This document shows positions 26,853-39,442 of a stretch of 64,000 nt of DNA, piece after piece. Source of the stretch: Octopus vulgaris (taxonomy: Eukaryota). The translations under genes were made by a program, and so were the position numbers. A model generated the notes under the pieces. It was not told where the DNA came from and searched no databases. It saw only the letters and a program-made list of their open reading frames with translations. Position 1 is the stretch's first letter. Each line of letters opens with the position of its first letter. The stretch covers positions 34,410,001 through 34,474,000 of the forward strand of contig OX597824.1 in NCBI GenBank assembly GCA_951406725.2. Reading direction: 5' to 3'.

Positions 26853-26885
<33 letters not shown>
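26233..26885 (+). mobile_element. RTE LINE 3' end (ORF C-terminus, 3' UTR, (GAT)n tail)
   Basis: [33 protein letters not shown]...DRDLWK is a typical RTE C-terminus; (GAT)n tail. Confidence 0.88.
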
Positions 26886-27149
26886 ATATATATATATATA
26901 TATAAAATTAAGAATGTGTGTCTGTCTGTATGTGTGCACCACTAAAACTTGAGAACTACCCAACTGATTTCATTCAATTCAGTGTCACGGGCCCAAAATA
27001 TGTTCAGCTTCTTGCCTAATTCGAGCCCAGAGCAATCTCCTATGTCTTATACTATTTCAGCATTACATCAAATGTGAAATAATATCACCTTCATTGTAAT
27101 GTAAGATAATACTCCCAGTTTTAATGTTTCTCTATTAATACTTTCACTT

Positions 27150-27206
<57 letters not shown>

Positions 27207-27236
27207 GCGAGAATGAAGCAACAAGAATGGATAGGT

Positions 27237-27327
27237 TTTTAGTACAATCGTTTCATACAAGGACAGGTTTTATTAAAAGTTGCAAAAATTACAGCATATA
27301 AACGTGTCCCGTACTCATCAGCTAAAA
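27237..27327 (-). ncRNA. Type I hammerhead ribozyme motif (mirror copy)
   Basis: Reverse complement of 28299-28389. Confidence 0.78.
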
Positions 27328-28298
27328 TACATGTGAGTTCTCTAGACATCCTAGTGGTTGAGGCTATACTCATGAAGTAATGTAGATAATTAAGTAACAT
27401 AAACAGATTTCAAAAGTTCATTAAAGTTCTTTAAAGATGATGTACAGTCTTATCACAGAATTTTTAAAAAGTCTTAATAGCATCACAGAGAAGGTGACCT
27501 AATTCATAGTGCACATATGAATTTCCAGAGATATGATGAGGGATTACATACTCACAGAAGACAAATTTATCCATTGTTAATTACAACGAGGTGGGTTTCA
27601 ATTCCTGCTTATTAGCATTACAGAGAGGGTTAATTAATCCTTTGTATAGATGCACAATTTCCAATGGTGTAGGTGTAAATTTCAAGGAATTTCATATTCA
27701 CAGGCGATAAATTTATCAATGGTTGAACACAATGAGGTAGGTATCAATTCTTGCTATATGATTAGGTATTTGCCACATTAATCACATTACTGCTATTTAC
27801 AAGAGGTTATAGCTACAGCCTCTTGTAAATAGCAGTAATGTGATTAATGTGGCAAATACCTAATCATATAGCAAGAATTGATACCTACCTCATTGTGTTC
27901 AACCATTGATAAATTTATCGCCTGTGAATATGAAATTCCTTGGAAATTTACACCTACACCATTGGAAATTGTGCATCTATACAAAGGATTAATTAACCCT
28001 CTCTGTAATGCTAATAAGCAGGAATTGAAACCCACCTCGTTGTCATTAACAATGGATAAATTTGTCTTCTGTGAGTATGTAATCCCTCATCATATCTCTG
28101 GAAATTCATATGTGCACTATGAATTAGGTCACCTTCTCTGTGATGCTATTAAGACTTTTTTAAAATTCTGTGATAAGACTGTACATCATCTTTAAAGAAC
28201 TTTAATAAACTTTTGAAATCTGTTTATGTTACTTAATTATCTACATTACTTCATGAGTATAGCCTCAACCACTAGGATGTCTAGAGAACTCACATGTA

Positions 28299-28389
28299 TT
28301 TTAGCTGATGAGTACGGGACACGTTTATATGCTGTAATTTTTGCAACTTTTAATAAAACCTGTCCTTGTATGAAACGATTGTACTAAAA
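28299..28389 (+). ncRNA. Type I hammerhead ribozyme motif
   Basis: Stem I TTTTAG/CTAAAA; CTGATGA core; stem II GTACGGGACA/TGTCCTTGTAT; GAAA; minimal stem III C-GATT-G; GUA cleavage triplet at 28381-28383. Confidence 0.8.
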
Positions 28390-28810
28390 ACCTATCCATT
28401 CTTGTTGCTTCATTCTCGCTTATAATCACCCCACATTACTGTATTGTTAAATCAGTATAGTTTTTTTTGGTGCATCTAAGTTAGGTACCATATTCAAGTA
28501 AATTCATTTAAATTAACTTGAATCTTTATTGCTTTTTGTATATATATATATATATATATTTAAATAATGAGGGAGATAAATTAATATTAATTTTAATATC
28601 AATTTAAAACCAGTAGTCCAGCATACAAAAAATCTGAGAAGTCAGAGAAAATTCTAATATATATATATATAACTTTCATTTCTTATTTCACAATGTATAT
28701 ATATGGTTGTATATATATATATATAGACACACACACACATATATACATATATATATATGTATATATTTATATCTTGTGTATATATATACATATATATATA
28801 TATATATGTA

Positions 28811-28855
<45 letters not shown>

Positions 28856-29059
28856 ATATATATATATTTATGTACGTATATGTATGCATGTATATGTACA
28901 TATCTATATATATGCATACATATATATGTACATATATATATAAGTATATATATTTATATATGAAATATTTATGTGTATATATATAGATGTGTGTGTGTAT
29001 ATATATGTATGTATATTTATGTATATATATATGTATGTATATATGTGTATATATATATA

Positions 29060-29090
<31 letters not shown>

Positions 29091-29814
29091 GTATATAAGT
29101 GTGTATGTATGTATATGTATATAATAATATAAATAAGCTATGCAGATGATACGAAAGTCTCGCAGAAAATAAAAAAACTGGGAGACAACTGATATAAAAA
29201 GACTGCCTCCAAGGGACACCTGTCTCTGTAGGCATACTGCCTTCACTCTGTCAATGGCAAACCTCCATCTTTGATTCGTGAATCTGACAACTGCTTACCC
29301 CAACCACCTACTATCAGTAAGTTACAAACTCATTTTCTCGTGCTCAAATTCTTCATTGGTTTCTATTATATTATTACACATCTCTTCTCCAACAAGAGAC
29401 TTTTACTGGTTTATTTCATTATTGTATTTTTCAAATATTAGGTCCAGGTAAAAGGTCGTGCACCATGTTAAAATAGTGGGTTTTTTTTATATTTTAGTGG
29501 TGTGTGTGTTCATTCAGTTCAATTATATTAACAGTGCACAAACTTTTTCCTCAACCTAGTAATACATTTATTGTCATTGCTTAAAATCTCATTTGTTCCT
29601 TCTTCTTGTCCTTGCCGTAATACCCTTACCTATTTTCACCTTTATCATCATTATCACTCACATTATACAAGTTATTAGCCATAACCAACTGGTATTATTA
29701 TAATTGTAATATGAGAGACGAGGCTTTCGAATACAATAAAAGGTCTGCCACTAAAAAAATTGAATTATTCAGACATTAAATTTTAATTTTATTCATAGGA
29801 AAACATTTCAATGA

Positions 29815-32800
29815 CCATGAAGAAAAGTGGCTGCTGAATGCCGAATTTTCCAAGAAACTTGGACATTAGATTACTTCTTCATTGGATACAACGTGAACTG
29901 ATTTGTTTCATATGTTTAGAAAGTATTGCTGTGAATAAGGTAGCAGATATTAGGCGACACAAGATGTGCCATTATAAAGATTTTAGGACATTTACTGAAC
30001 AAGCAAGGAAAGATGAAGTTGAGTGGTTGAAGTTTAGGTTTGGAAAACAAATGTCATTTTTTTAAAAACAGAAATTGTCAGCTATGAAGTCTCAAAGCAT
30101 ATTGCTGAAAAGATGAAACCTTTTACAGATGGCGATCTTTTTAAAGACTGCTTATTGGCAGTGTTGGATATTGTTTGTACAGAAAAAAGTTTTTATTTGA
30201 AATTATCAGCCTGTCTCCAAGGATGATCACATGGAGGGTTGAAAAAATGTCAGCAGATGTTAAAAATCAATTAATCAACACCTGCAGTGAATTCCAATAT
30301 TTTCAATTGCAGTCAATGAGAGTACAGACTTAAGTGACACTGCACAACTTGCTGTCTTTGTGTGAGGAGTGACTTCAACTTTTCAGATCTTTGAAGAACT
30401 TATTCAGTTAATTCCTCTGAAGGAAACTGTAACCAGAGCAGACATCTTTGAAGCTTTGTTGAAAATGATATCAGAAATGAAGTTTGATTTTTGGCATCAC
30501 AACTGATGGTAGTCAAGCTATGGTAGGACAGAAAAAAAGGCTTTGTTGTACTACTGCAAGAACATATAGAAAGCTTTGGAATCACACATAAACTTGTTAA
30601 AATTCTGTTATATCGCACGTTCGGATGACCACTACTCAACTCTTTGACATCTAGACTTCTCCCTCTATATCTACATATTGGGCTAGCCTACTTCATCATC
30701 TGGGGGCGCCGACACAACACCTCCCCCTTTTGAGTTTTTTAAACCCGAATTTATCAATTTTATTTCCTTGGTGAGAAACTGGCATATCTTTTCCTCTTAG
30801 CATTAATTTCCATCATTTCTGTAGGTTTTCTCTTCCTGTTCGACCTACACATCAGTTCTGCTTTTGCTTGTGGTTCTGGGACCTTGAACAAATCATACCA
30901 TAAATCCATTGGTTCTTCTCGCCTCTCTTGGTTTTTGGTATATCTTTTTTTTTAATTGGTTTAAATGCCTTCTGTGTTCATATTTTGGTCCTTTTACCAT
31001 GTACATCACATTACTCAGATGTCCAGTTACACTTCCTTGTCCCCAGTCCTGTTTCCCGTTACTATATATTTTAAAATACACTTTGTCACCTGTGTTAAAA
31101 AATTTTCGTTTTTCTTCCTGAATTTTCTATTTTCTGTTTCCTGCTCGGTAACTATTTGTCAAAAATAGAATGAATTTTTCTGGAAAACATCAAATCTGCA
31201 GGTGACCTACCTGACTCTGCATTTGGATTCGGTGTTATTCTATACACCTGCAAAAACTTTGTCGTATTTGCATCTTCAAGGATTTCCCGTCTGGTCTTCC
31301 TTAAGGCTCTCTTGAATGTGTCAACAAATCTTTCCGCTAACCCATTTGACCTTGGATGGTATGGTGGAGTTAACACATGCTTCATCTGAACCGACTTACA
31401 GAATCTTTTGAACTTCTTTGCCATGAATTGTGTACCATTATCTGACACGATCATATCTGGCACTCCATAATGAGCAAACAGTTCTTCCAAGAAGTCAATA
31501 GTCACACTTGTGGTTGGCCTTGAACATTTTCACACTTCAGGCCATTTGGAATAGCCATCCACCACAATGATATAATGAGAGCCATTTATTGGTCCTGCAA
31601 AATCCACATGTAGTCTAGACCATGCTGAATCCGTTTTTGGCCATGGTTGAATCTGCACTGGGGGCGCCTTTGCTGCCATAGTGCATCCCCTACACTGTTT
31701 TACCAGTCTCTCAATTTGCTTGTCCATATTCGCCCAATAAATGTAACTTCTCATAAGGCTCTTCATCCGGACAATTCCCAGATGTCCTACATGAAAGTCT
31801 TTTAATACTGTTTTGCAGTGCTTCAGGTATCATCACTCTTTGTGCATATAGTTATACCTCATCACATACTGCCTATCTTACTGCATGTTGCCGTATTTAT
31901 TATCGATACGTCTGAGATGGTATCTAAATGCATTTTGGTCTGAAACCCATTTATTTCTACCAACACAAATTTTCAGTTTTGTCTGGTATAATTTACTTTT
32001 GTTGAGTAGACTTTCTTCTGTTTTACCATTTTCTTTGACCGGCATTTTGTCTGTATATGTCCAATTTTACCACACTTAAAACAGGTTTTATCTTTAAAGG
32101 AGCAATCTTTCTTCAAATGTCGATCACTGCAACCATAGCACCGTTTTGAATTAAAATTTTTCCTTCTTTCTGTACTTTCTTTACACATTTGTACATTATT
32201 ATTCTTGTCTTCTATCTTTCTTGTATCATCTCGAAGGTTATTACAACTTCAAGGTAAAATTCAGCTCATAAATGAAATGTATAACCATATTGTTGCCTTT
32301 GAAGAAAAAGCGACAGTTGTGGGAATATCAACCGTAAAATAAAAATTATGTGCATTTTGTATCATTTCAAAGAATGAAACCATAGGATTCAGAGCTATTT
32401 GTGAATACAATCCAGGATTTGAGAAATGAATTTGCATCACATTTTGCTGACTTTCATCTGCATGCAAATCAGTTTAAATTGTTTGTTGCACCATTTGATG
32501 TGGAGGTGGAGACAGTACCAGAATGTTTCCAAATGGAATTGATTGATATGCAGTGTGACGACTTACTGAGATCTAAATTTCATTCTAAAGATGTTTCATT
32601 GATTGACTTCTATGCAAAATATATTTTTCCAAGTGGGAAGTATACCAACTTAGTGAATCATGCAAAAAGGATGGCATCTTTGTTTGGAAGCACCTATCAG
32701 CATGAGCAATTATTTTCCAAATTGAAGCAAACTAAGAACAATTTCAGAACAAGATTAACTGATAATCATCTTGATAATATCTTGATCTTGGCATCAACAA

Positions 32801-33118
32801 GTTTGAAGCCTAATATTGAGAAGCTTTCAAAGAATAGAAAACATCAAGTTTCCCATTAATTTTTTTGGCTGCTACGTATTTTTACAATTTTTTTTAAACA
32901 AATGATTTCAAAAATGTCTTAAATTGAATAAATGATGTTTTTCCATTATTACATTCATCTGTGGGTAATACAAATTATTTTTAAATATAGTCAGCACTCG
33001 TGATTAAATTTTAGCTTGTGTAATTTTCCATAATTATTCTTTTAAGGCCTTCATCTGGCCCACTATCATCATTGATACTCAATCCAGCCCATGTTGGCAA
33101 AGAAGTTGCCAATCCCTG
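29815..33118 (+). mobile_element. hAT (Charlie/SPIN, GTF2IRD2-like) transposon remnant split by a Gypsy insertion
   Basis: N-terminal ICFICLESIAVNK..IRRH, KPFTDG, ESTDLSDTAQLAVF, TTDG at 29815-30605; C-terminal MASLFGSTY..EQLFS.LK..K...RTRLTD.HL...HQVSH* at 32401-32859; 3' TIR-like gttgccaatccctg ending at 33118. Confidence 0.85.
30606..32240 (-). mobile_element. Gypsy/Ty3 LTR retrotransposon remnant (gag zinc knuckle, integrase, PPT, 114-bp 3' LTR)
   Basis: CFKCGKIGHIQTKC knuckle; WSRLHVDFAGP, IVSDNGTQF, PYHPRSNGLAERFV integrase motifs; polypurine tract at 30720-30731; LTR TGTT..AACA at 30606-30719. Confidence 0.9.
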
Positions 33119-33541
33119 TTTTACTTGTTCCAGTCATTAGACTGTGGCCATGCAGGGTAAGGGTTTGGGTTAGGGTTGAAGAATTGTCTTGAAGAATTTT
33201 TAGTCAAACAAATTGACCTCACTATTTATTTTTTATTAAGCGTGGTACTTATTCTATTGGTCTCATTTGCCAAACCACTAGGTCACAGGGACATAAACAC
33301 ACCAACACCAGTTGTCAAGCAGTAGTGAGGGACAAAGACAGACACACACAGAACCTTGTGTTCAGGAAGCAAGCTTCTTACAACATATCCATAAATATAT
33401 ATATATATCTGCTTGTATTTAAAGAATGTTAAACACTTTCGGTATGCAAATTAAGGACTCCTCCATAGAGTAACTGCTGCACTTGTTGAGTATATAAACA
33501 GTTTGGCTGCTTGTTTCTCTAGAGATTCTCAGAATGATGTA

Positions 33542-33591
33542 AACACCTCTGATGAGAACCAAATAAGGTTTGAAAATCGATTAAGGTTGTT
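33542..33591 (+). ncRNA. Minimal type I hammerhead ribozyme motif in a roughly 250-bp element flanked by (TA)n (about 33408-33656)
   Basis: AACACCT-CTGATGA-GAACC aaataa GGTTT-GAAA-A TCGA T-TA-AGGTTGTT; palindromic loop III; UUA triplet. Confidence 0.75.
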
Positions 33592-33654
33592 CATCATTTT
33601 TACAGTCTGCAGAGAAATGGCTAAAATTTGCCCTGTTTACAATTATAACATATG

Positions 33655-33700
<46 letters not shown>

Positions 33701-34169
33701 TCAAAGGACATACTAAGTATGTCTACCTGCTTGAAATAACAGTCAAAACTCTCATTAAATCGCCAAAAAATACACTGATGAAAAACTACAGAAATCAAAT
33801 GAAGGCAAAATCAGGTTAAAACAATCTATAACGTACATTTAAGTATCTGGACTCACGTTACATTGGATAATAATAGAATTAATGACACCTTCACAAATTA
33901 ATTTTTCATATATATCCATTACATTTGTCATTTGCAAGCAGAAAAATTGTAAGAGTTGAAAGCTTCAATGCCTCATAGATTTTTAAAAATTTTTATCCCA
34001 GATGAGAATCTTTGTATTAGTCAAGATTTGAGAGAAATAAATATTGTATTTGTACGTTGTGGGTTTAGCTTAGTGTTTGGTTTGTGTAGATGATTTTTTT
34101 TTGAGGGTATGTGCATGTGTTGCTTTTATTTATGTTTTAAAATGCTGATGATGTTTGTGTGTGTGGTGT

Positions 34170-34204
<35 letters not shown>

Positions 34205-34927
34205 ATGTGCATGTTAGTTTGGACAATAGTGTTATTTTTGTTCACAAATTTTGATTATCAGCCAATATTTCTAAGGAAATGGCCAAGAAATGTAATTAGC
34301 TGAATAATACGAATAAACAAAATAAAACCCCTATTTTTGGAGATGGACTTTCGAGTGTGGTAGACTGGAATATTTTAGCTTAAGTATTTCTTGTTTGAAG
34401 GTCAATAGGGTGACTGTATCAAGGGGTAAATATAGTAATATTAGTTTAATAGCTTTTATTCCGGAGGAGGGTGCAGTGAGAAAGATATTGAGTTGGGTTG
34501 AAAGTTAGATGTATGCAGTGGGTGAGTACAAATAGAAGAGGGAGTAGGAGTAGTGGTAACTTCATACGGATAGACATTGATAGTACTAAAAATATGTACA
34601 CCTATATACTGTTTATATACAGACATCTAATCCATGTATATATATGCATGACTGTTTTTGCCTTCCTGTATTTTTAGTTTTAATGAAATCCAACTATGGA
34701 CAGACACTACCATGTGACCTACTTCTCCATTTACACGTACACCACTACACAAACATCTATCTTTCAGCCTATTATGTCCATCATCGTCATCGTCGCCATC
34801 ATTTATCATCCATTTTTCATGCTGGTATGGGTTCAATGGTTTAAGAGGACCCAACAAAGTGGAGGGCTGTGTTGAGCTCCACTGTCTTCTTTGGCATGGT
34901 TTCTATGGTTGAATACTCTTCCTAATC

Positions 34928-35150
34928 TTTTCTAGTATAGCCACATGGGCCTGAAATTTGGAGGGAGGGCTAGTCGATTACATCAACCTCAGTACTCAAC
35001 TGGTACTTATTTTATTGACTCCAACAGGATGAAAAGCAAAGTCAACCTCAGTAGGATGTGGAATGGAATTTCAACTCAGAATGTAAAACTGGAAGAAATG
35101 GTGTAAAGCATTTTGTCCAGCTTGCTAATGATTCTGTCAGCTCACCGCCT
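34928..35150 (-). mobile_element. Older family B SINE
   Basis: Diverged copy directly abutting the tandem array. Confidence 0.8.
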
Positions 35151-35151
35151 T

Positions 35152-36489
35152 CCTATTTCTTTACTACCCCCAAGGCGCTAAACACAGAGAGGACAAACAA
35201 GGACAGACAAACGGATTAAGTCGATTACATCGACTCCTGTGCGTAACTGGTACTTATTTAATCGACTCCGAAAGGATGAAAGGCAAAGTCGACCTCGGCG
35301 GAATTTGAACTCAGAATGTAGCGTCAGACGAAATACCTATTTCTTTACTACCCACAAGGGGCTAAACACAGAGAGGACAAACAAGGACAGACAAACGGAT
35401 TAAGTCGATTACATCGACTCCAGTGCGTAACTGGTACTTATTTAATCGACCCCGAAAGGATGAACAGCAAAGTCGACCGTTGCGGAATTTGAACTCAGAA
35501 CGTAATGGCAGACGAAATACCTATTTCTTTACTACCCACAAGGGGCTAAACACAGAGAGGACAAACAAGGACAGAGAAACGGATTAAGTCGATTATATCG
35601 ACCCCAGTGCGTAACTGGTACTTATTTAATCGACCCCGAAAGGATGAAAGGCAAAGTCGACCTTGGTAGAATTTGAACTCAGAACGTAGAGGCAGACGAA
35701 ATACCTATTTCTTTACTACCTACAAGGGGCTAAACACAGAGAGGACAAACAAGGACAGACAAACGGATTAAGTCGATTACATCGACTCCAGTGCGTAACT
35801 GGTACTTATTTAATCGACTCCGAAAGGATGAAAGGCAAAGTCGACCTTGGCGGAATTTGAACTCAGAACGTAGCGTCAGACGAAATACCTATTTCTTTAC
35901 TACCTACAAGGGGCTAAACACAGAGGGGACAAACAAGGACAGACAAACGGATTAAGTCGATTACATCGACTCCAGTGCGTAACTGGTACTTATTTAATTG
36001 ACTCCGAAAGGATGAACAGCAAAGTCGACCGTTGCGGAATTTGAACTCAGAACGTAGCATCAGACGAAATACCTATTTCTTTACTACCCACAAGGGGCTA
36101 AACATAGAGAGGACAAACAAGGACAGACAAACGGATTAAGTCGATTACATCGACCCCAGTGCGTAACTGGTACTTATTTAATCGACCCCGAAAGGATGAA
36201 AGGCAAAGTCGACCTCGGTAGAATTTGAACTCAGAACGTAATGGCAGACGAAATACCTATTTCTTTACTACCTACAAGGGGCTAAACACAGAGAGGACAA
36301 ACAAGGACAGAGAAACGGATTAAGTCGATTACATCGACCCCAGTGCTTAACTGGTACTTAATTTTTTGACCCCGAAAGGATGAACAGCAAAGTCGACCTC
36401 GGCGGAATTTGAACTCAGAACGTAACGGCAGACAAAATACGGCTATGCATTTCGCCCGGCGTGCTAATGTTTCTGCCAGCTTGCCGCCT
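35152..36489 (-). repeat. Tandem array of seven 184-bp family B SINE units with a single tRNA head
   Basis: Unit starts at 35152, 35336, 35520, 35704, 35888, 36072, 36256; head (GGCGGCAAGCTGGCAGAAAC on the minus strand) only at 36440-36489. Confidence 0.95.
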
Positions 36490-37130
36490 TCCTACTGCCA
36501 ACTATTTTTACATTGTTTATTGAGCAGTGGTGAGGTTATCAAATAACTTGCAAGACAAAGAAAAGAAAGAAAAAGAAAAATCCCCCTCAAATGAGAGGGT
36601 GTATTTGAGAGAGGGGGAGGTGGTTTTATGTCAAGAGTAGAAAGGCTAAAGTATGATAGAGGGACAAGTATAGATGTCTTGTATCTATAAATGAGATACA
36701 TGGTTACCCAGCATTATGTGAGGGTGGTTGAGAGTAGCTGGAAAAGAGATAAAGATGGTGGTGACATGGTGCCAACTAATATTACTTCAATGTTTTATCA
36801 ATACCATATGAGGACCCTTAAGATCTTAAAAATAAAAATACTGAAGCCAAAAATTCAATTCTGCCATATTTTTAGCTCATAAAACAGAATCTTTCTTTCA
36901 CTCTTGTTAATCTTCAAATTGCTCTAGTTGGTTATTTACCACAAAAAATAGTCAACAAACCAAATTTATCTGGCGGGAAGACTTGGAGTAAGGTGGTGAA
37001 ATATGATCTTCAGATATTGTCTTACAGAGGCAATGACAAGTGATCAAGACTGTTGGCAATTTGTTGTGCTTGAGAAGACATTTTGAGTTGAAATTGTAAT
37101 CGTGGCCATATATATATATATATATATATG

Positions 37131-38207
37131 CAGGGGTTAGACAAAATAATGTAAACACCTTCAAATTTCAAACAAATTTATTTTAATATGGAGTAGGGCT
37201 ACCCTTGGGATTAATTACAGCTTGAACTCTATGAGATATGGACTCGTACAAAATTTGAATTGTCTCCAAAGGAATTTTTGTCCATTCTTCACCTGAAACA
37301 GTCTCCAATTCTTGCAGTGATGATGGTGGAGGATATCGATTCCTTACTTGTTTTTCTAAAATGCACTGAGATCTGGGGACTGTGGTCGCCAGATAAGATG
37401 TTCAACTTCACTAGAATGTTCCTCGTGCCATTCAGCAACAACTTTAGCTATGGGAATTGGTGCATTATCATCCTGAAAGATTGTGTTTCCCTCCGGAAAC
37501 AGTTCTGCAACCATAGGATGAATTTGATCAGATAAAATGCTTAAATAGTCCTGACTATTAATTCTGCCATGAAGGGAAACCATTGGGCCGGCGGATTTCC
37601 AAGATATAGTCCCCCCAGATCATCACAGATCCTCCTCCATGTTTAACAGTTGGGAGAAGGCAGTCTGGGTTAAGTGCTTCTTTTATCTGTCTCCACATGT
37701 ATACTTGGCTGGTGGTTGGAAATAACGTAAAGGATGACTTGTCTGAGAAGATAACATTCTTCCACTACTCTAGGGACCAATACTGTAGGTTTTTACTCCA
37801 CCCAAAATGCTTTGCAACATTTGTTTTTGAAAGTAGTGGTTTTTTTTATTGCAGCCCTCCTGTGAAATCTGGCTTTGTGCAGCTCCCGATGAACAGTTTT
37901 TTTTGGAAACTGGGTTCTCAAGGTGGTCATTAAGCTCTGCAGTAATTTTGGGAGCTGTACTTTTGTGATCCTTTCTTACAATTCACATAAGAGTCTGACA
38001 GTCCCTATCTGAAAGTTTTGGTTTTCTTGCGAGTTTTTTCCCCTCTTTCTCAAAGGCTGTCATTACTTTTGAGACAGTAGTTCTTGATACACCAAACATT
38101 TTGGCTATTTTTGTTACGCTAGTGCCTGCCATACGAGCACCAACAATTTGATCTCTTTGAAAGTCCAATAGATCTATCATTTTAACGAATTTTAATTACC
38201 TTTTCCT
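37131..38207 (-). mobile_element. Tc1-like transposon, pseudogenised, one end lost
   Basis: TIR caggggttagacaaaataatg beside (TA)n; HTH ORF 37983-38180 (DFQRDQIVGARMAG.SVT.IA..FGVSRTTVSKV); FQDDNAPI...WRPQSPDL. Confidence 0.88.
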
Positions 38208-38736
38208 GTCCAACCAAAACCTTGAATGGATTTGGTAGATAGAAACTGAAAGAAGCCTGTCTCATGTGTGTGTGTGGTGTTTGTGCGTGCACATTGTATT
38301 TCTCCCCCACCATCATTTGACAACTGAAGTTGGTTTCTTTACATACCTGTAACCTAGAAGTTTGGCATAAGAGACTTATAGAATAAATACTAGACTAAAA
38401 ATAAGAACTGGGGTCAATTTGTTTGACTGAAACTCTGTGGTAGAGCCCCTGTATGGCCACAATCCAATGACTGAAAGAAGATAAAAAATATATGTGTGTA
38501 TATCATCCTTTAACATCCATTTTTCAATGCTTGCATGGATCAGACAGAATTTGTTGAGGCATATTTTCTACAGCTGGATGCCCTTCCTGTCACCAACTTT
38601 CATGTTTCTAAGCAAGGTAATATTTTCTCATGGAAGACTGAAAATGAACAATCTAATTTATAGCAATGATGCTCATTTACAGCCATCATGTGATGTCCAG
38701 GTAAAGGTATACACAAACATACACAGACACATACAT

Positions 38737-39130
38737 ATATATATATTATTTAGAGATAGTAGTTCCCTTACTCACCATATAAAAAAATTTCAATTTAATA
38801 CTTACTACTCATTTCTCAACTAAACGTGTTTCTTAAGGTTCCTTAAGCATGCAGTGTTTTACAGGAACCTTTCTTAAAATGTAACCCCAATCATCAGGCC
38901 TGATGATTTTAAGAAGGGTTCCTGTAAAACACTGCATGCTTAAGGAACCGTAAAATGAACCTTAAGAAACACGTGTAGCTGAGAAATGAGTAGTAAGTAT
39001 TAAATTAAATTAAAATTCTTTTATATGGTGAGTAAGGGGACTACTATCTCTAAATAACATATATATTTCCTCATTGAGAATAATTTGAACCCCTGTGATG
39101 CCGGAATTTTTATTCCCTAATAAATAAAAT
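38737..39130. mobile_element. Palindromic hammerhead-bearing element (arms about 38737-39066) plus 3' extension, in (TA)n
   Basis: Axis atcatcagg|cctgatgat at 38898/38899; arms are reverse complements with different small deletions. Confidence 0.8.
38896..38982 (+). ncRNA. Type I hammerhead ribozyme motif (degenerate mirror on the minus strand at about 38816-38900)
   Basis: CTGATGA at 38900-38906; long stem II closing with AACCTTAA; GAAA-C-ACGT-G-TA; stem I truncated by the palindrome axis. Confidence 0.65.
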
Positions 39131-39442
39131 AATATATATGTATATATGATAGACATCTTCCAGTTCTTGTCTGCCAAATTAACTTGCAAGGCCCAAGATT
39201 ATAATAGAAGACACTTACCTAAGGTGCCACACAGTGAGACAGAAATGAAGACCACATGGTTGGGAAGCAAGTTTCTTAACCTCGTAACATTGCCAGCACC
39301 TATCTGCCTGTGTGTGTGTATCAGCTGAAGATGATCAGAGAATTGCAACGTAGTCTACACAGAAACATTATATCAACTTCAATGCCATACTATTACTATT
39401 TATCATTGTGTAATGAAAATTAAATTAAAGAAAAAGTGCATA

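Larger units (their letters stand above)
27207..28540. mobile_element. Spacer-less 1.2-kb palindromic element (27207-28419) plus 3' extension, in (TA)n; Penelope-like inverted terminal structure
   Basis: Arms of about 606 bp are near-perfect reverse complements around an axis at 27812/27813; hammerhead motif in each arm. Confidence 0.85.

Noticed and set aside
27878-28195. 105-aa ORF in the palindrome arm as a gene
   Set aside because: Non-ATG start, no recognisable domain, and the mirror arm has a 1-bp indel breaking the frame; cannot be supported
32401-32859. Domesticated GTF2IRD2-like host gene
   Set aside because: The upstream part of the transposase is full of stops and frameshifts and is interrupted by a Gypsy
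35152-36489. CRISPR-like regular array
   Set aside because: Units are contiguous 184-bp SINE bodies with no unique spacers, there are no cas genes, and the context is eukaryotic
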